Source: Opitutia bacterium
Lineage (GTDB): Bacteria > Verrucomicrobiota > Verrucomicrobiia > Opitutales > Opitutaceae
Direction of reading: 5' to 3'
Length of the DNA: 64,000 nucleotides
Assembly: GCA_947478395.1 (NCBI GenBank)
Contig: CANJVR010000001.1
Coordinates: 352,001-416,000, forward strand
The notes beneath the pieces are model-generated. The model was not told the origin of the DNA. It did no database searches and saw only the letters and a program-made list of their open reading frames with translations. Position numbers and translations under genes: made by a program. Below are positions 44,521-54,138 of this stretch, in pieces (position 1 is the first letter of the stretch; each line of letters begins with the position of its first letter).

Positions 44521-44592
44521 TCTCCTTGGGTGGACTAGCGGTTTCGAAAAGTGAAACGCGTTTAAGGGACGTATCCCCTACTCCGGGTCCGA
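44521..44592 (-). promoter_or_regulatory. L10-leader-like structured RNA immediately upstream of rplL
   Basis: mRNA GGAC CC GGAGUAG [GGGA-UACG-UCCC] UUAAA [CGCGUUUC..GAAACCG] CUAGUCC ACCCAAGGAG, a three-way junction resembling the 23S L10 site. Confidence 0.55.
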
Positions 44593-44646
44593 TGGATTAT
44601 TGCTTCCCGACAACGCGTCCGTGAAGACGCGCCGCCAGAAAAATGG

Positions 44647-45135
44647 TTAGGCAGCGGGCTGCTCCTTTTTGACTTTCGCGTCGAGGACGCGAACGAAGGC
44701 CGCCGTGTTGCTCTTCAGCAATCCGAGGAACTGCGAACGCAGCGCTTCGAAAGGCGGCAGGTCGGCGATCTTCGAAAGGTCAGCGGCGGACACGAGTTTC
44801 TTGTCCAGCACGCCGATCTTCACTTCGAGCTTCTGCTTGTCCTCGAAAAATTTTTTCAGGACCTTGGCGACACCCGCGGCATTCTTGCCGCCGACGACGA
44901 CGGCCGTGGGGCCGGTAAGGGCGCTCTCAATCTCAGGCAGGCCTAGGGCCTTGGCCGCGACGCGGAGCGAACTGTTCTTAACAACGTGGAACTCGGCCTT
45001 TTCAGTGGCGAGCTTGGCCCGCAGGTCAGCGACATCAGCGACCGTCACCTTGGTGAAGTTCGCGAGGATGACGTAGTCGGATTTCTTGAGGTGGCTCTCC
45101 ACCTCGGCGATCAGGTAATTTTTTTCAGCTCTCAT
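44647..45135 (-). CDS. rplJ: 50S ribosomal protein L10
   Basis: VTVADVADLR, VVKNSSLRVA, LTGPTAV; position between rplA and rplL. Confidence 0.97.
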   Translation of the reverse strand: MRAEKNYLIAEVESHLKKSDYVILANFTKVTVADVADLRAKLATEKAEFHVVKNSSLRVAAKALGLPEIESALTGPTAVVVGGKNAAGVAKVLKKFFEDKQKLEVKIGVLDKKLVSAADLSKIADLPPFEALRSQFLGLLKSNTAAFVRVLDAKVKKEQPAA

Positions 45136-45149
45136 GGGTCGGATTCCGG

Positions 45150-45851
45150 TTAGTATTTGCTGTACTCGGTGGAGGCGATGCGGACGCCGGGGCTCATGCT
45201 GGCGGAAATGGTGACAGAATTGATGAAGGTACTGCCCTTGAAGGTCGCCGGCTTGGATTTGCCCACCGCATCGAGGACGGATTGGACGTTCTCCAGGATC
45301 TGTGCGGTCGTGAAGGAACGTTTACCCACGCCGACGCCAATGACGGCGGCCTTGTCCATCTTGAATTCCACGCGGCCGGCTTTGACCGCCTTGATTCCCG
45401 CGGCGATATCGTCAGTGACGGTGCCGCTCTTGGGATTCGGCATCAAGCCCTTCGGGCCGAGCACACGGGCCAGTGTGCGCACTTTTTTCATCGCTTCGAC
45501 CGTCGAGATTGCGACGTCGAAATCGAGCCAGCCTTCGTTGTTGATCTTCAGCATCACGTCGTCGAGACCGGCGGTATCCGCTCCCGCGGCGAGCGCATCG
45601 GCGGGATTGTCGGTGAACACGAGGACCCGGACCTTCTTGCCCGAACCATTTGGCAGCGGCGTCGTGCCGCGCACATTTTGGTCACCCGAAGCGGCGTCGA
45701 CGCCGAGGCGGAATGAAAGTTCGACCGTCTCGTCGAATTTGGCTTTCGGGAATTTGTTCAGAATCTCGACCGCATCCGCGAGGGAATAGGCCTTGGTGAG
45801 ATCGGCGGTTTTGACCGCGCTGATGTAGCGCTTGCTGTGTTTTTGTGGCAT
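45150..45851 (-). CDS. rplA: 50S ribosomal protein L1
   Basis: AKFDETVE, DQNVRG, LGPKGLMPNPKSGTVT; start ATG 45851. Confidence 0.98.
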   Translation of the reverse strand: MPQKHSKRYISAVKTADLTKAYSLADAVEILNKFPKAKFDETVELSFRLGVDAASGDQNVRGTTPLPNGSGKKVRVLVFTDNPADALAAGADTAGLDDVMLKINNEGWLDFDVAISTVEAMKKVRTLARVLGPKGLMPNPKSGTVTDDIAAGIKAVKAGRVEFKMDKAAVIGVGVGKRSFTTAQILENVQSVLDAVGKSKPATFKGSTFINSVTISASMSPGVRIASTEYSKY

Positions 45852-45857
45852 GGACGA

Positions 45858-45892
45858 CTCCTTGCGGTACGAGCGTTCCGAAGAACTCCCGC
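45858..45892 (-). promoter_or_regulatory. L1-binding autoregulatory RNA site before rplA
   Basis: mRNA GCGGGAG-UUC-UUCG-GAA-CGCUCGUACCGC followed by SD AAGGAG; matches the asymmetric-loop L1 site architecture. Confidence 0.7.
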
Positions 45893-45921
45893 GTGAGTTG
45901 GTTTTGGTTGTGACGAAAAAA

Positions 45922-46347
45922 TTAACCGACGACTTCGATACCCATGTTGCGGGCGGTACCGGCAATGATCTTGATCCCAGCCTCGTCGTCCTTGGCGTTA
46001 AGATCCTTGGCCTTCAGCTTGTAGATCTCGAGGAGCTGTTTCTTGGTGACCTTGCCCACTTTATCCTGATTAGGCTTGGCCGAGCCGCTCGCGATGTTGG
46101 CGGCTTTTTTCAGCAGCACCGAAGCCGGGGGCGATTTGAGGATGAACGTGAAGCTCTTATCGGAAAAAACCGTGATGACCACGGGCAGGATCATGCCATT
46201 CTGGTCTTTGGTGCGCGCGTTGAAGTCCTTACAAAACGCCATGATGTTGACGCCTTGGGCACCGAGTGCGGGGCCGACCGGAGGCGCGGGGTTGGCGGCG
46301 CCAGCAGGGAGTTGGAGACGAATGTAGCCTTGGATCTTCTTAGCCAT
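45922..46347 (-). CDS. rplK: 50S ribosomal protein L11
   Basis: [29 protein letters not shown]. Confidence 0.99.
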   Translation of the reverse strand: MAKKIQGYIRLQLPAGAANPAPPVGPALGAQGVNIMAFCKDFNARTKDQNGMILPVVITVFSDKSFTFILKSPPASVLLKKAANIASGSAKPNQDKVGKVTKKQLLEIYKLKAKDLNAKDDEAGIKIIAGTARNMGIEVVG

Positions 46348-46355
46348 GGGAAATT

Positions 46356-46446
46356 ATTTTATGATTTTTGAGTTTCGATTCTCGATTTGAGAGGACTTCG
46401 AGTCGTGTGAGGTAGACGAAAATCCAAAATCGGAATTCTAAAATTT
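46356..46446. repeat. Heptamer-periodic inverted repeat between nusG and rplK
   Basis: GATTTTT GAGTTTC GATTCTC GATTTGA ... GAAAATC CAAAATC GGAATTC TAAAATT. Confidence 0.8.
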
Positions 46447-46452
46447 GTTAGG

Positions 46453-47034
46453 TCACTCGGTATTGCGCTGGACCTGCCAGTATTCGAGTTCGACGGGAGT
46501 GAAACGGCCGAAGATGGAAACTGATACCTTGAGCTTGCCGCGATCTGGATCGATCTCGTCGATACGGCCCGTTAGACTGGCGAAGGCGCCGTCAGTGATC
46601 TTAACTTCCTCGCCCACAGTATACTGGACCTTGGGCACTTCCTTGCCATTTGCCGCTTCGATGCGGGAGCGGATTTCGACGATCTCGGACGGTTGCAGCG
46701 CCGCCGGACGTTCGCCACCGACAAAACCGATCACGCCAGCCACTTCCTTAACAAAGTACCACGGCTTGTTGATAACTTTTTTGTCCTCACCGTAGAGGCA
46801 CATTTGAATGAAAACGTAGCCTGGATAGAGCTTGCGGACTTTGGTGCTCTTCTTGCCGTTCTTTACCTCGGAAACGACTTCGGTCGGCAGCAAGACTTCG
46901 AAAATAGAATCCTCGAGCTCCTCGGCTTTTTTGAATCGCTCGATGTAAGCCTTCACCTTGTTCTCCTGGCCGGAGAGCGTGTGTAAAGCGAACCATTGAG
47001 CGCTGGCGGGCGCGACGACAGTTGGGGTGGACAT
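46453..47034 (-). CDS. nusG: Transcription termination/antitermination factor NusG
   Basis: SGQENKVK, YPGYVFIQM, VSIFGRFTPVELEY. Confidence 0.98.
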   Translation of the reverse strand: MSTPTVVAPASAQWFALHTLSGQENKVKAYIERFKKAEELEDSIFEVLLPTEVVSEVKNGKKSTKVRKLYPGYVFIQMCLYGEDKKVINKPWYFVKEVAGVIGFVGGERPAALQPSEIVEIRSRIEAANGKEVPKVQYTVGEEVKITDGAFASLTGRIDEIDPDRGKLKVSVSIFGRFTPVELEYWQVQRNTE

Positions 47035-47046
47035 GGCAGGCACGGG

Positions 47047-47250
47047 TTAGCTTACCCAAGCCGTGAAAAGATCCACGACCTGATAGAGCGAATAATCGCT
47101 GATGCTCGTAAAAACGCCAAGGATTACCGCCGCCAGAACGACCACGATGGTCGAATCGCGCAGCTCGGTGCGAGTGGGCCAGGAAGCTTTTTGAAGCTCT
47201 CCGGTCATTTCGCTGAAGAAAATGCGGGTGCTGCGGAACGGATTTTTCAT
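47047..47250 (-). CDS. secE: Preprotein translocase subunit SecE
   Basis: ELQKASWPTRTEL plus one TM helix; position before nusG. Confidence 0.95.
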   Translation of the reverse strand: MKNPFRSTRIFFSEMTGELQKASWPTRTELRDSTIVVVLAAVILGVFTSISDYSLYQVVDLFTAWVS

Positions 47251-47260
47251 GGCTTGAATT

Positions 47261-47336
47261 TGGCAGGCGCGGAGGGAATCGAACCCCCAACCAACGGTTT
47301 TGGAGACCGCTACTCTACCAATTGAGCTACACGCCT
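47261..47336 (-). tRNA. tRNA-Trp (CCA)
   Basis: AGGCGTGTAGCTCAATTGGTAGAGTAGCGGTCTCCAAAACCGTTGGTTGGGGGTTCGATTCCCTCCGCGCCTGCCA; encoded CCA end. Confidence 0.97.
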
Positions 47337-47417
47337 GTGAGGAGCTTTCTTAGACGACGCAGCCGAGGCCCCTGACGAGGCCTCGGCGAAGTCGAGTTTA
47401 AGGGTTAAAACGGAAAC

Positions 47418-48608
47418 TTATTCGATGATCTCCGAGATACGACCGGCACCGATGGTGCGGCCGCCTTCGCGGATGGCGAACTTCTGGGTCGTCTCCATGG
47501 CGATGGGAACGATAAGGTCGATCTCCACGGCGATGTTGTCACCGGGCATGATCATCTCGACGCCCTTCGGGAGATTGACGATACCCGTTACGTCCGTCGT
47601 GCGGAAGTAGAACTGGGGACGGTAGCCGTTAAAGAACGGCGTGTGGCGGCCACCTTCGTCCTTCGAGAGAACGTAGATCTCAGCCTTGGCCTTCTTGTGC
47701 GGCTTGATGGACTTCGGAGCGGCGATAACCTGACCGCGCTCGATGCCTTCTTTTTCAATACCGCGGAGGAGCATGCCGACGTTGTCGCCCGCTTGACCGG
47801 AGTCGAGGAGCTTGCGGAACATCTCAATGCCGGTGATCACGGTGGTGGTCGTGTCCTTGAGGCCGATGATTTCAACGGTGTCGTTGATCTTGCAGGTGCC
47901 GCGCTCGATACGACCGGTGGCAACCGTGCCGCGGCCGGTGATCGAGAACACGTCTTCAACCGACATCAAGAAAGGCTTGTCGGTTTCGCGGAGAGGTTCC
48001 GGGATGTCTTTGTCGATCGCGTCCATCAGAGCCGTAATCGCGGCGTTGCCCTCAGGTTTGTCGTCGAGAGCAGCCGTGGCAGAACCGCGGACGATGGTGG
48101 CGTTGTCGCCGTCGAACTGGTACTTGGTGAGCAGCTCGCGGATTTCCATTTCAACGAGATCCAGAAGCTCCTTGTCGTCGATCAGGTCGACCTTGTTGAG
48201 CCAGACGACGATCTTCGGCACGCCGACTTGGCGGGCGAGAAGGATGTGCTCGCGGGTCTGCGGCATCGGGCCGTCAGCCGCGGAAACAACGAGGATCGCG
48301 CCGTCCATCTGCGCGGCACCCGTGATCATATTCTTCACGAAGTCGGCGTGGCCGGGGCAATCGACGTGCGCGTAGTGGCGCTTTTCCGTCTGATACTCAA
48401 CGTGGGCGACCGAGATCGTGACAATCTTGGATGCGTCGCGCACGGTGCCGCCCTTGGCGATATCGGCGTAGCTCTTGACCTCGGCTAAGCCTTTGCGCGC
48501 CTGCACCGCAAGAATCGCGGTGGTGGTCGTGGTTTTGCCATGGTCGACGTGGCCGATGGTACCAACGTTGACGTGCGGTTTTGTGCGTTCGAATGCGGCT
48601 TTAGCCAT
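47418..48608 (-). CDS. tuf: Elongation factor Tu
   Basis: [47 protein letters not shown]. Confidence 0.99.
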   Translation of the reverse strand: MAKAAFERTKPHVNVGTIGHVDHGKTTTTTAILAVQARKGLAEVKSYADIAKGGTVRDASKIVTISVAHVEYQTEKRHYAHVDCPGHADFVKNMITGAAQMDGAILVVSAADGPMPQTREHILLARQVGVPKIVVWLNKVDLIDDKELLDLVEMEIRELLTKYQFDGDNATIVRGSATAALDDKPEGNAAITALMDAIDKDIPEPLRETDKPFLMSVEDVFSITGRGTVATGRIERGTCKINDTVEIIGLKDTTTTVITGIEMFRKLLDSGQAGDNVGMLLRGIEKEGIERGQVIAAPKSIKPHKKAKAEIYVLSKDEGGRHTPFFNGYRPQFYFRTTDVTGIVNLPKGVEMIMPGDNIAVEIDLIVPIAMETTQKFAIREGGRTIGAGRISEIIE

Positions 48609-48690
48609 GGGAGACGTGTGTTTGGGTTTGGATTAGAAAAGTGACTTCAGGTTTAGCGTCGAAGAAGCCGGCCGACGTTGTTTTTTGGCA

Positions 48691-48766
48691 TGGAGCCCAG
48701 AACCGGATTTGAACCGGCGACCTCGTCCTTACCAAGGACGTGCTCTGCCAACTGAGCTATCTGGGC
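48691..48766 (-). tRNA. tRNA-Thr (GGT)
   Basis: GCCCAGATAGCTCAGTTGGCAGAGCACGTCCTTGGTAAGGACGAGGTCGCCGGTTCAAATCCGGTTCTGGGCTCCA. Confidence 0.97.
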
Positions 48767-48803
48767 AGACTATGACTGTGCCAAAAAACGAAAATGAGGG
48801 GCA

Positions 48804-48832
48804 AAAGTGCTCCTCGTAATTTGGCCCGTCAA
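48804..48832 (-). promoter_or_regulatory. Putative sigma70 promoter of the tRNA-Thr/tuf operon
   Basis: TTGACG-17 nt-CACTTT followed by a GC-rich discriminator, ~37 nt before the tRNA. Confidence 0.6.
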
Positions 48833-48859
48833 CAGCAAATTCACGCTTTTTATGGAAAT

Positions 48860-49561
48860 CTACGGCCCGACTGAAATCCGATAAAACCCCGGCGGCAGAC
48901 GGGCGCCTATTCGCGTGGTTTGCTTGAGGTATTTGCCGAAGTACGCGTCGATTTCATCCACGCCGGATCTAGCGGTAGGGATAAGTCCCACCTCACCCGT
49001 CACATCAACGGTGGCCAGGAATTCCAGCGGCTGCCAGACCACTCCAGTTCGAAACGCTCCGGCGGGGACCGTCTCTTCCAGTACACGCTGACCGGTACTC
49101 TCCTTCGCGATCTCCACAAACGCGCTCCGTGTCGGCAAAGCCGTGAAGGCGAGATCGGTTCGCCCGAGTCCTTCAAAAAGCGGTCCCGGAGACGGAATCG
49201 TCAATGCCTCCGCCGCGTTCGCGGGAACCACCACCGGCGAAGGCAAGGTCGCCTTGAGTTCGGCGGGGGCAAAATGCCATTTTGAATCGTAAGCGGCGAG
49301 CGAGCCGCCGGACTCCGGAAGTTCCACTCCCTTTTGCGAGGTATTCCACTCGGTGGGAAGAAAGAGCGGGGTTTTATCGCGCAACGTTGCCTCCCCGGCA
49401 GGGATTCGAGCTAGCAGAACAGGCGCCGGCTTGAGCCGGGCATGACTTGCTTCGTTGGAGGGAGGTCGAATCCATTTAACCACGATCAGCCCTACCACTA
49501 GGGTCACGCACCCAGACAAAAACCAGCGCCGTCGCGCGTCGCTTTTGGAACCCCGCGTCAT
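48860..49561 (-). CDS. Single-TM periplasmic protein, possible TonB/TolA-like energy transducer
   Basis: N-terminal TM, Pro-rich middle, C-terminal EFLATVDVTGEVG..RSGVDEIDAY resembling TonB_C; overlaps exbD stop. Confidence 0.6.
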   Translation of the reverse strand: MTRGSKSDARRRWFLSGCVTLVVGLIVVKWIRPPSNEASHARLKPAPVLLARIPAGEATLRDKTPLFLPTEWNTSQKGVELPESGGSLAAYDSKWHFAPAELKATLPSPVVVPANAAEALTIPSPGPLFEGLGRTDLAFTALPTRSAFVEIAKESTGQRVLEETVPAGAFRTGVVWQPLEFLATVDVTGEVGLIPTARSGVDEIDAYFGKYLKQTTRIGARLPPGFYRISVGP

Positions 49562-50010
49562 TTCCCACGCGCCTCTGGCTCAACCGCGCCCCATTGAACC
49601 TCAAAACCGGCCGACCGCGCAATGCGCACGACCTCAGCCAAATCAGCCACCGTCAAACGCGCATCAGCTAAAATGTTTAACGTCGGCGATCGACCCGCCT
49701 GTTCGGGCCGGCGCTGGCCCTCTTTCTTCAACCAGTCCTTTAATTGCGCCAGGTCGATCCGGCCACTCTCCACAAAAAACACGCCCGACTGAGTGATGGT
49801 GACTTGATGCGTCGTAAGAGTAGCACCCGCTGTCGCACCGGCAATCGCCGGAATTCGAAAATCCACCGCCAAGCCCGGCGAAAGTACAAATCGCGAGGCA
49901 AACACCACGAAGAAAAGCGCGAGCAGTCCCGCGTTCACCAGAAACAGGAGGTCGAAATTTCGCGGTTCGGTCCGCAGATGAGACGCGAGATTCAAGGGCC
50001 GCGTGATCAT
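49558..50010 (-). CDS. ExbD/TolR-family biopolymer transport protein
   Basis: Single N-terminal TM, LNILADARLTVADLAEVVRIARSAG C-terminal motif; coupled to exbB-like gene. Confidence 0.8.
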   Translation of the reverse strand: MITRPLNLASHLRTEPRNFDLLFLVNAGLLALFFVVFASRFVLSPGLAVDFRIPAIAGATAGATLTTHQVTITQSGVFFVESGRIDLAQLKDWLKKEGQRRPEQAGRSPTLNILADARLTVADLAEVVRIARSAGFEVQWGAVEPEARGK

Positions 50011-50663
50011 TTTCCCCCCTCGTCAGCCGCCGGTACGGCCAGTGCGACACGATAATCCGTCAGGAGAAATTTCATGATTTCGTTTCCGGACCATTCCACG
50101 TCGCGCACGATGGCACGCACGCGACCCGTCAGAAAGTGGTGCGCGAGATGCGCCGGGATCGCCAGCATCAGCCCCCCTGCCGTACCGAGCAAAGCCTGCC
50201 ACATACCTGTCGCGAGCGCACTGGCGCTCATGTAGTCTTTTTCGAACGCGAGGAAGGTCGTCGCCATACCCAGCACCGTTCCCAGCACGCCCACCAGCGG
50301 TGCCACTTGGGCAATCGCGGCAATCGACCCGAGTCTGCGCTCGAGGGCCGGCAACTCGACGATTGCGGCTTCTTGCACGTAGAAACGCATCGTCTCGGCA
50401 TCGGCGTCGGCATGGAGTAACGCCGCCTTTACCACCGCTGCCACCGGCCCCGGTGTTTCCTCGCACACGGTGAGCGCCTCGACGAGACGCCTTTTCGCCA
50501 AAATATTCTTGATGCCGGCAATAAAAGCCGTCGATCGAATCTGCCCCCGGTGCAGGAACAGCGTCCGTTCCACCGCCAGCATCAGCACAAGTAGGCCAAG
50601 GCCCAACAACACCCCCATCATGGGTCCTCCCTTGGCAAACAAAGCAAAGTCGAAAAAAGACAT
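50007..50663 (-). CDS. MotA/TolQ/ExbB proton channel family protein
   Basis: KGGPMM, APLVGVLGTVLGM, ALLGTAGGLMLAIPA. Confidence 0.92.
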   Translation of the reverse strand: MSFFDFALFAKGGPMMGVLLGLGLLVLMLAVERTLFLHRGQIRSTAFIAGIKNILAKRRLVEALTVCEETPGPVAAVVKAALLHADADAETMRFYVQEAAIVELPALERRLGSIAAIAQVAPLVGVLGTVLGMATTFLAFEKDYMSASALATGMWQALLGTAGGLMLAIPAHLAHHFLTGRVRAIVRDVEWSGNEIMKFLLTDYRVALAVPAADEGGK

Positions 50664-50719
50664 CGGTGGGATGAATTAGATGGAGTCGCGGCGTGAGCGT
50701 AAATTCGAAACCGCGATGA

Positions 50720-53362
50720 TCATGGCTTTGGCTCCGCCACACCGTAGGCCGACAAACGCATCCTAGCTTCGGTCTCGTAACCCTGTCCCAGTTTCGCCTC
50801 CAATATTTTCAGCCAAGCCTCCTTCGCTTGCTCAGGCTTCTTCTGCTGCTCCAAAAGCGAACCAAGCTCGAGCAACGTTCGGGCCATCCAGTATCGGCCT
50901 TTCGACTGCAGCTTCGCCGATGCGCCGGGTTCGACCAGGAAGGCCTGCACCACGTCCGTCCACCAAGCAGCGGCCGCCTTTTCCAATTCATCCCGCTGGA
51001 CGAGCAATCGTCCATAATTATAGCCCGCTTCCACCCTCAAATCCCAAGGCGCATTCACCCGATCGCGCACGCTCTGAAACAAGACCAACGCCCTTTCCGT
51101 GTGAGCGGGGTCCCCGAAAGATTGCCCGCTGTGACACTGAGCCAGCGCCAATTGGGCGAGGACCACGTCCGGCCGCGAACCAAATGAATTAATCAACAAT
51201 TCGTAAGCTTGCTGGGCCTGAGGAGATTGATTCATCAACCGGAGCAGATCGCCCTGCTTCAAGCGGGCCTCAAACTCCAGGTCATTGTGCTGATAGCGTG
51301 CGAACAGGTCCTCGATTCGCTGGTTCGCCTCTTCCAAGTTTCCCCGACGTGCCGCCTGCAAAGCCGCCCGGTACAGTGCGTACGGCGCCAGTACATCCTG
51401 GGGAAAATCGTCGGCGAATTTCGTGAAAAGTTGCTGCGCTTCCACCGTTTTTTCCTGCTCCGCATAGTGATTGGCCTCGGCCATGACGGACGAAGCGACC
51501 GCACTGGTTTTCGGAAAGTCGGTCCGGATTTTTTTGAGCGTCGCGAGCGCCTCAGCCTCCTCGTTACGCGCAAAGTGGGCACTCGCCTTCAAGAGCGCGG
51601 CCTTGCTGGCAATCTCAACTCGGAGCTCGGGCTCCAGGCCAGTCAGGAGCGGCGGCAGCTCAACCGCGATCGCTTCGAGCGCGCGCCGCTCGTCACCCGT
51701 CTCAATCGCCAGCTTCGCCTGCAACCATTTCATGCGCGCCCGCAGCTCCGGCTTAAGCCCCGGCGCCGGACCAGCGAGCAACTGGTTCACTCGCGTGTAA
51801 CCGGCCGTCAGCTGGGCGAGGCTTCCACCGAGTAGCGCTTGCGCCACATTCCACTCCGCTTGCCAGCGGCTCTCCTGATCGAACGCCGGATTGCGCGCCA
51901 AATCATCCAGTACCGTCAGCGCCGCGTCAGGCGCAGGCACCTGAATTTCGGACTGGATGCGTTGAAACATCAACTCGCCGACATTCGCGCCCGCTGGCGG
52001 ATCGCGCAGGACCACTGCATAGGCGTCCGCCGCGTTTCGAAAATCGCGCGCGCGAAACCACGCTTCGGCCACCAGCACCTTCAGTTGTGCGCGGGCATCG
52101 CGACCGCTCGCCGCATCGGCCGACAAGGCCTCGGCTGCGCGGGCCGCGCTGTCGACCACGGTGCGATAGCGCAGCTGTTCCCAGGCCGACCGGGTTAGAA
52201 CTTCCAAAGCCAGCGGCTTTAGCCCGGACCCGGGGAATTTCTCCAACAAGGTCCGCGCATCTTCCTCGGCCGCAGAGAAATTTTTCTCCACCAGTGAAAA
52301 ATTCGCCCGAGCCAGCAGAAGATCGTCTAGAATCAAGTGCGGCACTGGAGCATCGATGAGCCGGCTCAGTTCGAGCCGCAGCTGCGAACGGGCCGGTTCC
52401 CGCGCCGAATTTTCCGCGAGCAAATATAACGCGATCCGCTGCAGCCCGGCATCGCGCCCGTTGGTCAGAAGCTCCAACAAGGCCGCGCGGCCAACTCCCT
52501 CGCCCGCACCCGCGATGAGGCCAAGGTACAGCCGAAAGTCATCCTTCCGTCGGGATTCCTGCGGCGGAAGGGTGAGCAGCTGCTGCTGGATGATTGCCAC
52601 CGCGTCCTTGGGACGGCCCAGCGCATTCAAGCCGACGGCATAAGTCTTAGCCGCGTCGTAGCCCGTACTGCGACCCTGGTCCGTCTCCATTTTCCGGCGC
52701 CATGTCTCCAGATCGCCGGCCGGAACCGCGGAAATTCGCAGCTGCGCTCTCTGGTTCGCGAGTTGAAATCGCGTCCGCGCGACTTCACTCGTCGCAGCGG
52801 AAATCGCCTGTTGGTAAAATACCTTCGCCCGCTGAATCCCCGCCGCGCGGTCATCGGACTGCTCCGCCAGCAAACCCTGCAAAAAATACCACCAGCTGCG
52901 CTCCTCCGGCAGCAATTCGGCTTCTCGCTCCCTCACCGCCGGCAACTCGCCGCGCGCACCGCCGAAATCCTTCAACTGCATCGCCGCCAGTCCCGCCCAC
53001 AAGTGCCACGTCGCACCGGGATCGGTCGCGCCGCGCGTGTCCTTGAAATTTTTCAGCAACGTCCTCGCTTCCGATGCACGGTTATCGGCGATCAGTGCCT
53101 CGGCCAACGCCAACGTCACCGTCCGCAGATCCGTACCGGGTCTCGCGAGCAGCTCTTGATAAATCGGAACGGCCGCCGCCGGTAAGCCCATTTCCAGCGC
53201 TGTGCGGGCCGCCCGCAAGGCCGATGAAGTGTCGCCAGCCGAGAAAGCGCGGGGCGACGCGGCCAGGGGCACCGGTTGGTTCAACGACTCCAGCGCTCCG
53301 TGCGCCGGCCCCGTGGCCAGCGCACAAAAAATAAGGAGGGAAGAAAATAAACGGACGCACAT
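50720..53362 (-). CDS. Large exported tetratricopeptide-repeat protein
   Basis: Signal peptide (..ATGPAHG); repeated helical units LLEKFPGS, IRTDFPKT, FADDFPQDVLAPYALY of BamD/CpoB-like TPRs; start ~53362. Confidence 0.85.
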   Translation of the reverse strand: MCVRLFSSLLIFCALATGPAHGALESLNQPVPLAASPRAFSAGDTSSALRAARTALEMGLPAAAVPIYQELLARPGTDLRTVTLALAEALIADNRASEARTLLKNFKDTRGATDPGATWHLWAGLAAMQLKDFGGARGELPAVREREAELLPEERSWWYFLQGLLAEQSDDRAAGIQRAKVFYQQAISAATSEVARTRFQLANQRAQLRISAVPAGDLETWRRKMETDQGRSTGYDAAKTYAVGLNALGRPKDAVAIIQQQLLTLPPQESRRKDDFRLYLGLIAGAGEGVGRAALLELLTNGRDAGLQRIALYLLAENSAREPARSQLRLELSRLIDAPVPHLILDDLLLARANFSLVEKNFSAAEEDARTLLEKFPGSGLKPLALEVLTRSAWEQLRYRTVVDSAARAAEALSADAASGRDARAQLKVLVAEAWFRARDFRNAADAYAVVLRDPPAGANVGELMFQRIQSEIQVPAPDAALTVLDDLARNPAFDQESRWQAEWNVAQALLGGSLAQLTAGYTRVNQLLAGPAPGLKPELRARMKWLQAKLAIETGDERRALEAIAVELPPLLTGLEPELRVEIASKAALLKASAHFARNEEAEALATLKKIRTDFPKTSAVASSVMAEANHYAEQEKTVEAQQLFTKFADDFPQDVLAPYALYRAALQAARRGNLEEANQRIEDLFARYQHNDLEFEARLKQGDLLRLMNQSPQAQQAYELLINSFGSRPDVVLAQLALAQCHSGQSFGDPAHTERALVLFQSVRDRVNAPWDLRVEAGYNYGRLLVQRDELEKAAAAWWTDVVQAFLVEPGASAKLQSKGRYWMARTLLELGSLLEQQKKPEQAKEAWLKILEAKLGQGYETEARMRLSAYGVAEPKP

Positions 53363-53506
53363 ATCAGGCCGCCCAACTTGCTTCGACTGCTGGAAACAAT
53401 CAACCGCGTTGTAAACAGTTCCGCCTCGCGCGCACTCTCGCCACTCGCACACTCGCCGCGTTCGTCTCAACCCAAAACGTTTCATTTTCAACGTCCTCTC
53501 CTCACC

Positions 53507-54106
53507 ATGATCCCGCTCATCGTTCTAGGCGCCTTCGCCGCCATCATCGTCATCGCCGCTTTCTGGGTCTCCGGCATCTACAATTCGCTCGTCGCGCTGC
53601 GTAACCGTTTCAAGAACGCCTTCGCCCAAATCGATGTCCAGCTGAAGCGCCGCTACGACCTCATTCCGAACCTCGTCGAAACGGCGAAGGGCTACATGAA
53701 ACACGAGAGCGGCACGCTCGAAGCCGTCATCAAGGCCCGCAACATCGCCCTCGCAGCTTCCCAATCCGCCGCCGCCAATCCCGCCGACGCCAACGCCGTG
53801 CGAGGTCTCCTCTCCGCTGAGTCCGGCCTCACCGGGGCTCTGAGCCGCCTGATGGTGGTGTCCGAGCAGTATCCGGATTTGAAGGCCAATCAGAACATGA
53901 TGCAGCTGACCGAGGAGCTGACTTCGACCGAGAACAAAATCGCGTTCGCCCGACAGGCGTTCAACGACTCTGTGATGGGCTACAACACCTCCCGCGAAAT
54001 TTTCCCCAACGTGATTTTCGCCGGGATGTTCGGCTTTCTCCCCGCCGAACTTTTCAAGATCGACGATCCGACTGAGCGCAATGCGCCCAAGGTTCAGTTC
54101 ACCTGA
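53507..54106 (+). CDS. lemA: LemA family protein
   Basis: IDVQLKRRYDLIPNLVETAKGY, EQYPDLKANQN, TENKIAFARQAFND; start ATG 53507. Confidence 0.95.
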   Translation: MIPLIVLGAFAAIIVIAAFWVSGIYNSLVALRNRFKNAFAQIDVQLKRRYDLIPNLVETAKGYMKHESGTLEAVIKARNIALAASQSAAANPADANAVRGLLSAESGLTGALSRLMVVSEQYPDLKANQNMMQLTEELTSTENKIAFARQAFNDSVMGYNTSREIFPNVIFAGMFGFLPAELFKIDDPTERNAPKVQFT

Positions 54107-54138
54107 CCCGCAGTCCGGCTTTTCCTCTCCTCCGCGTC

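Noticed and set aside
47362..47387. GC hairpin after tuf as a terminator
   Set aside because: No U-tract on the coding strand and tRNA-Trp follows; more likely a processing or stability hairpin.
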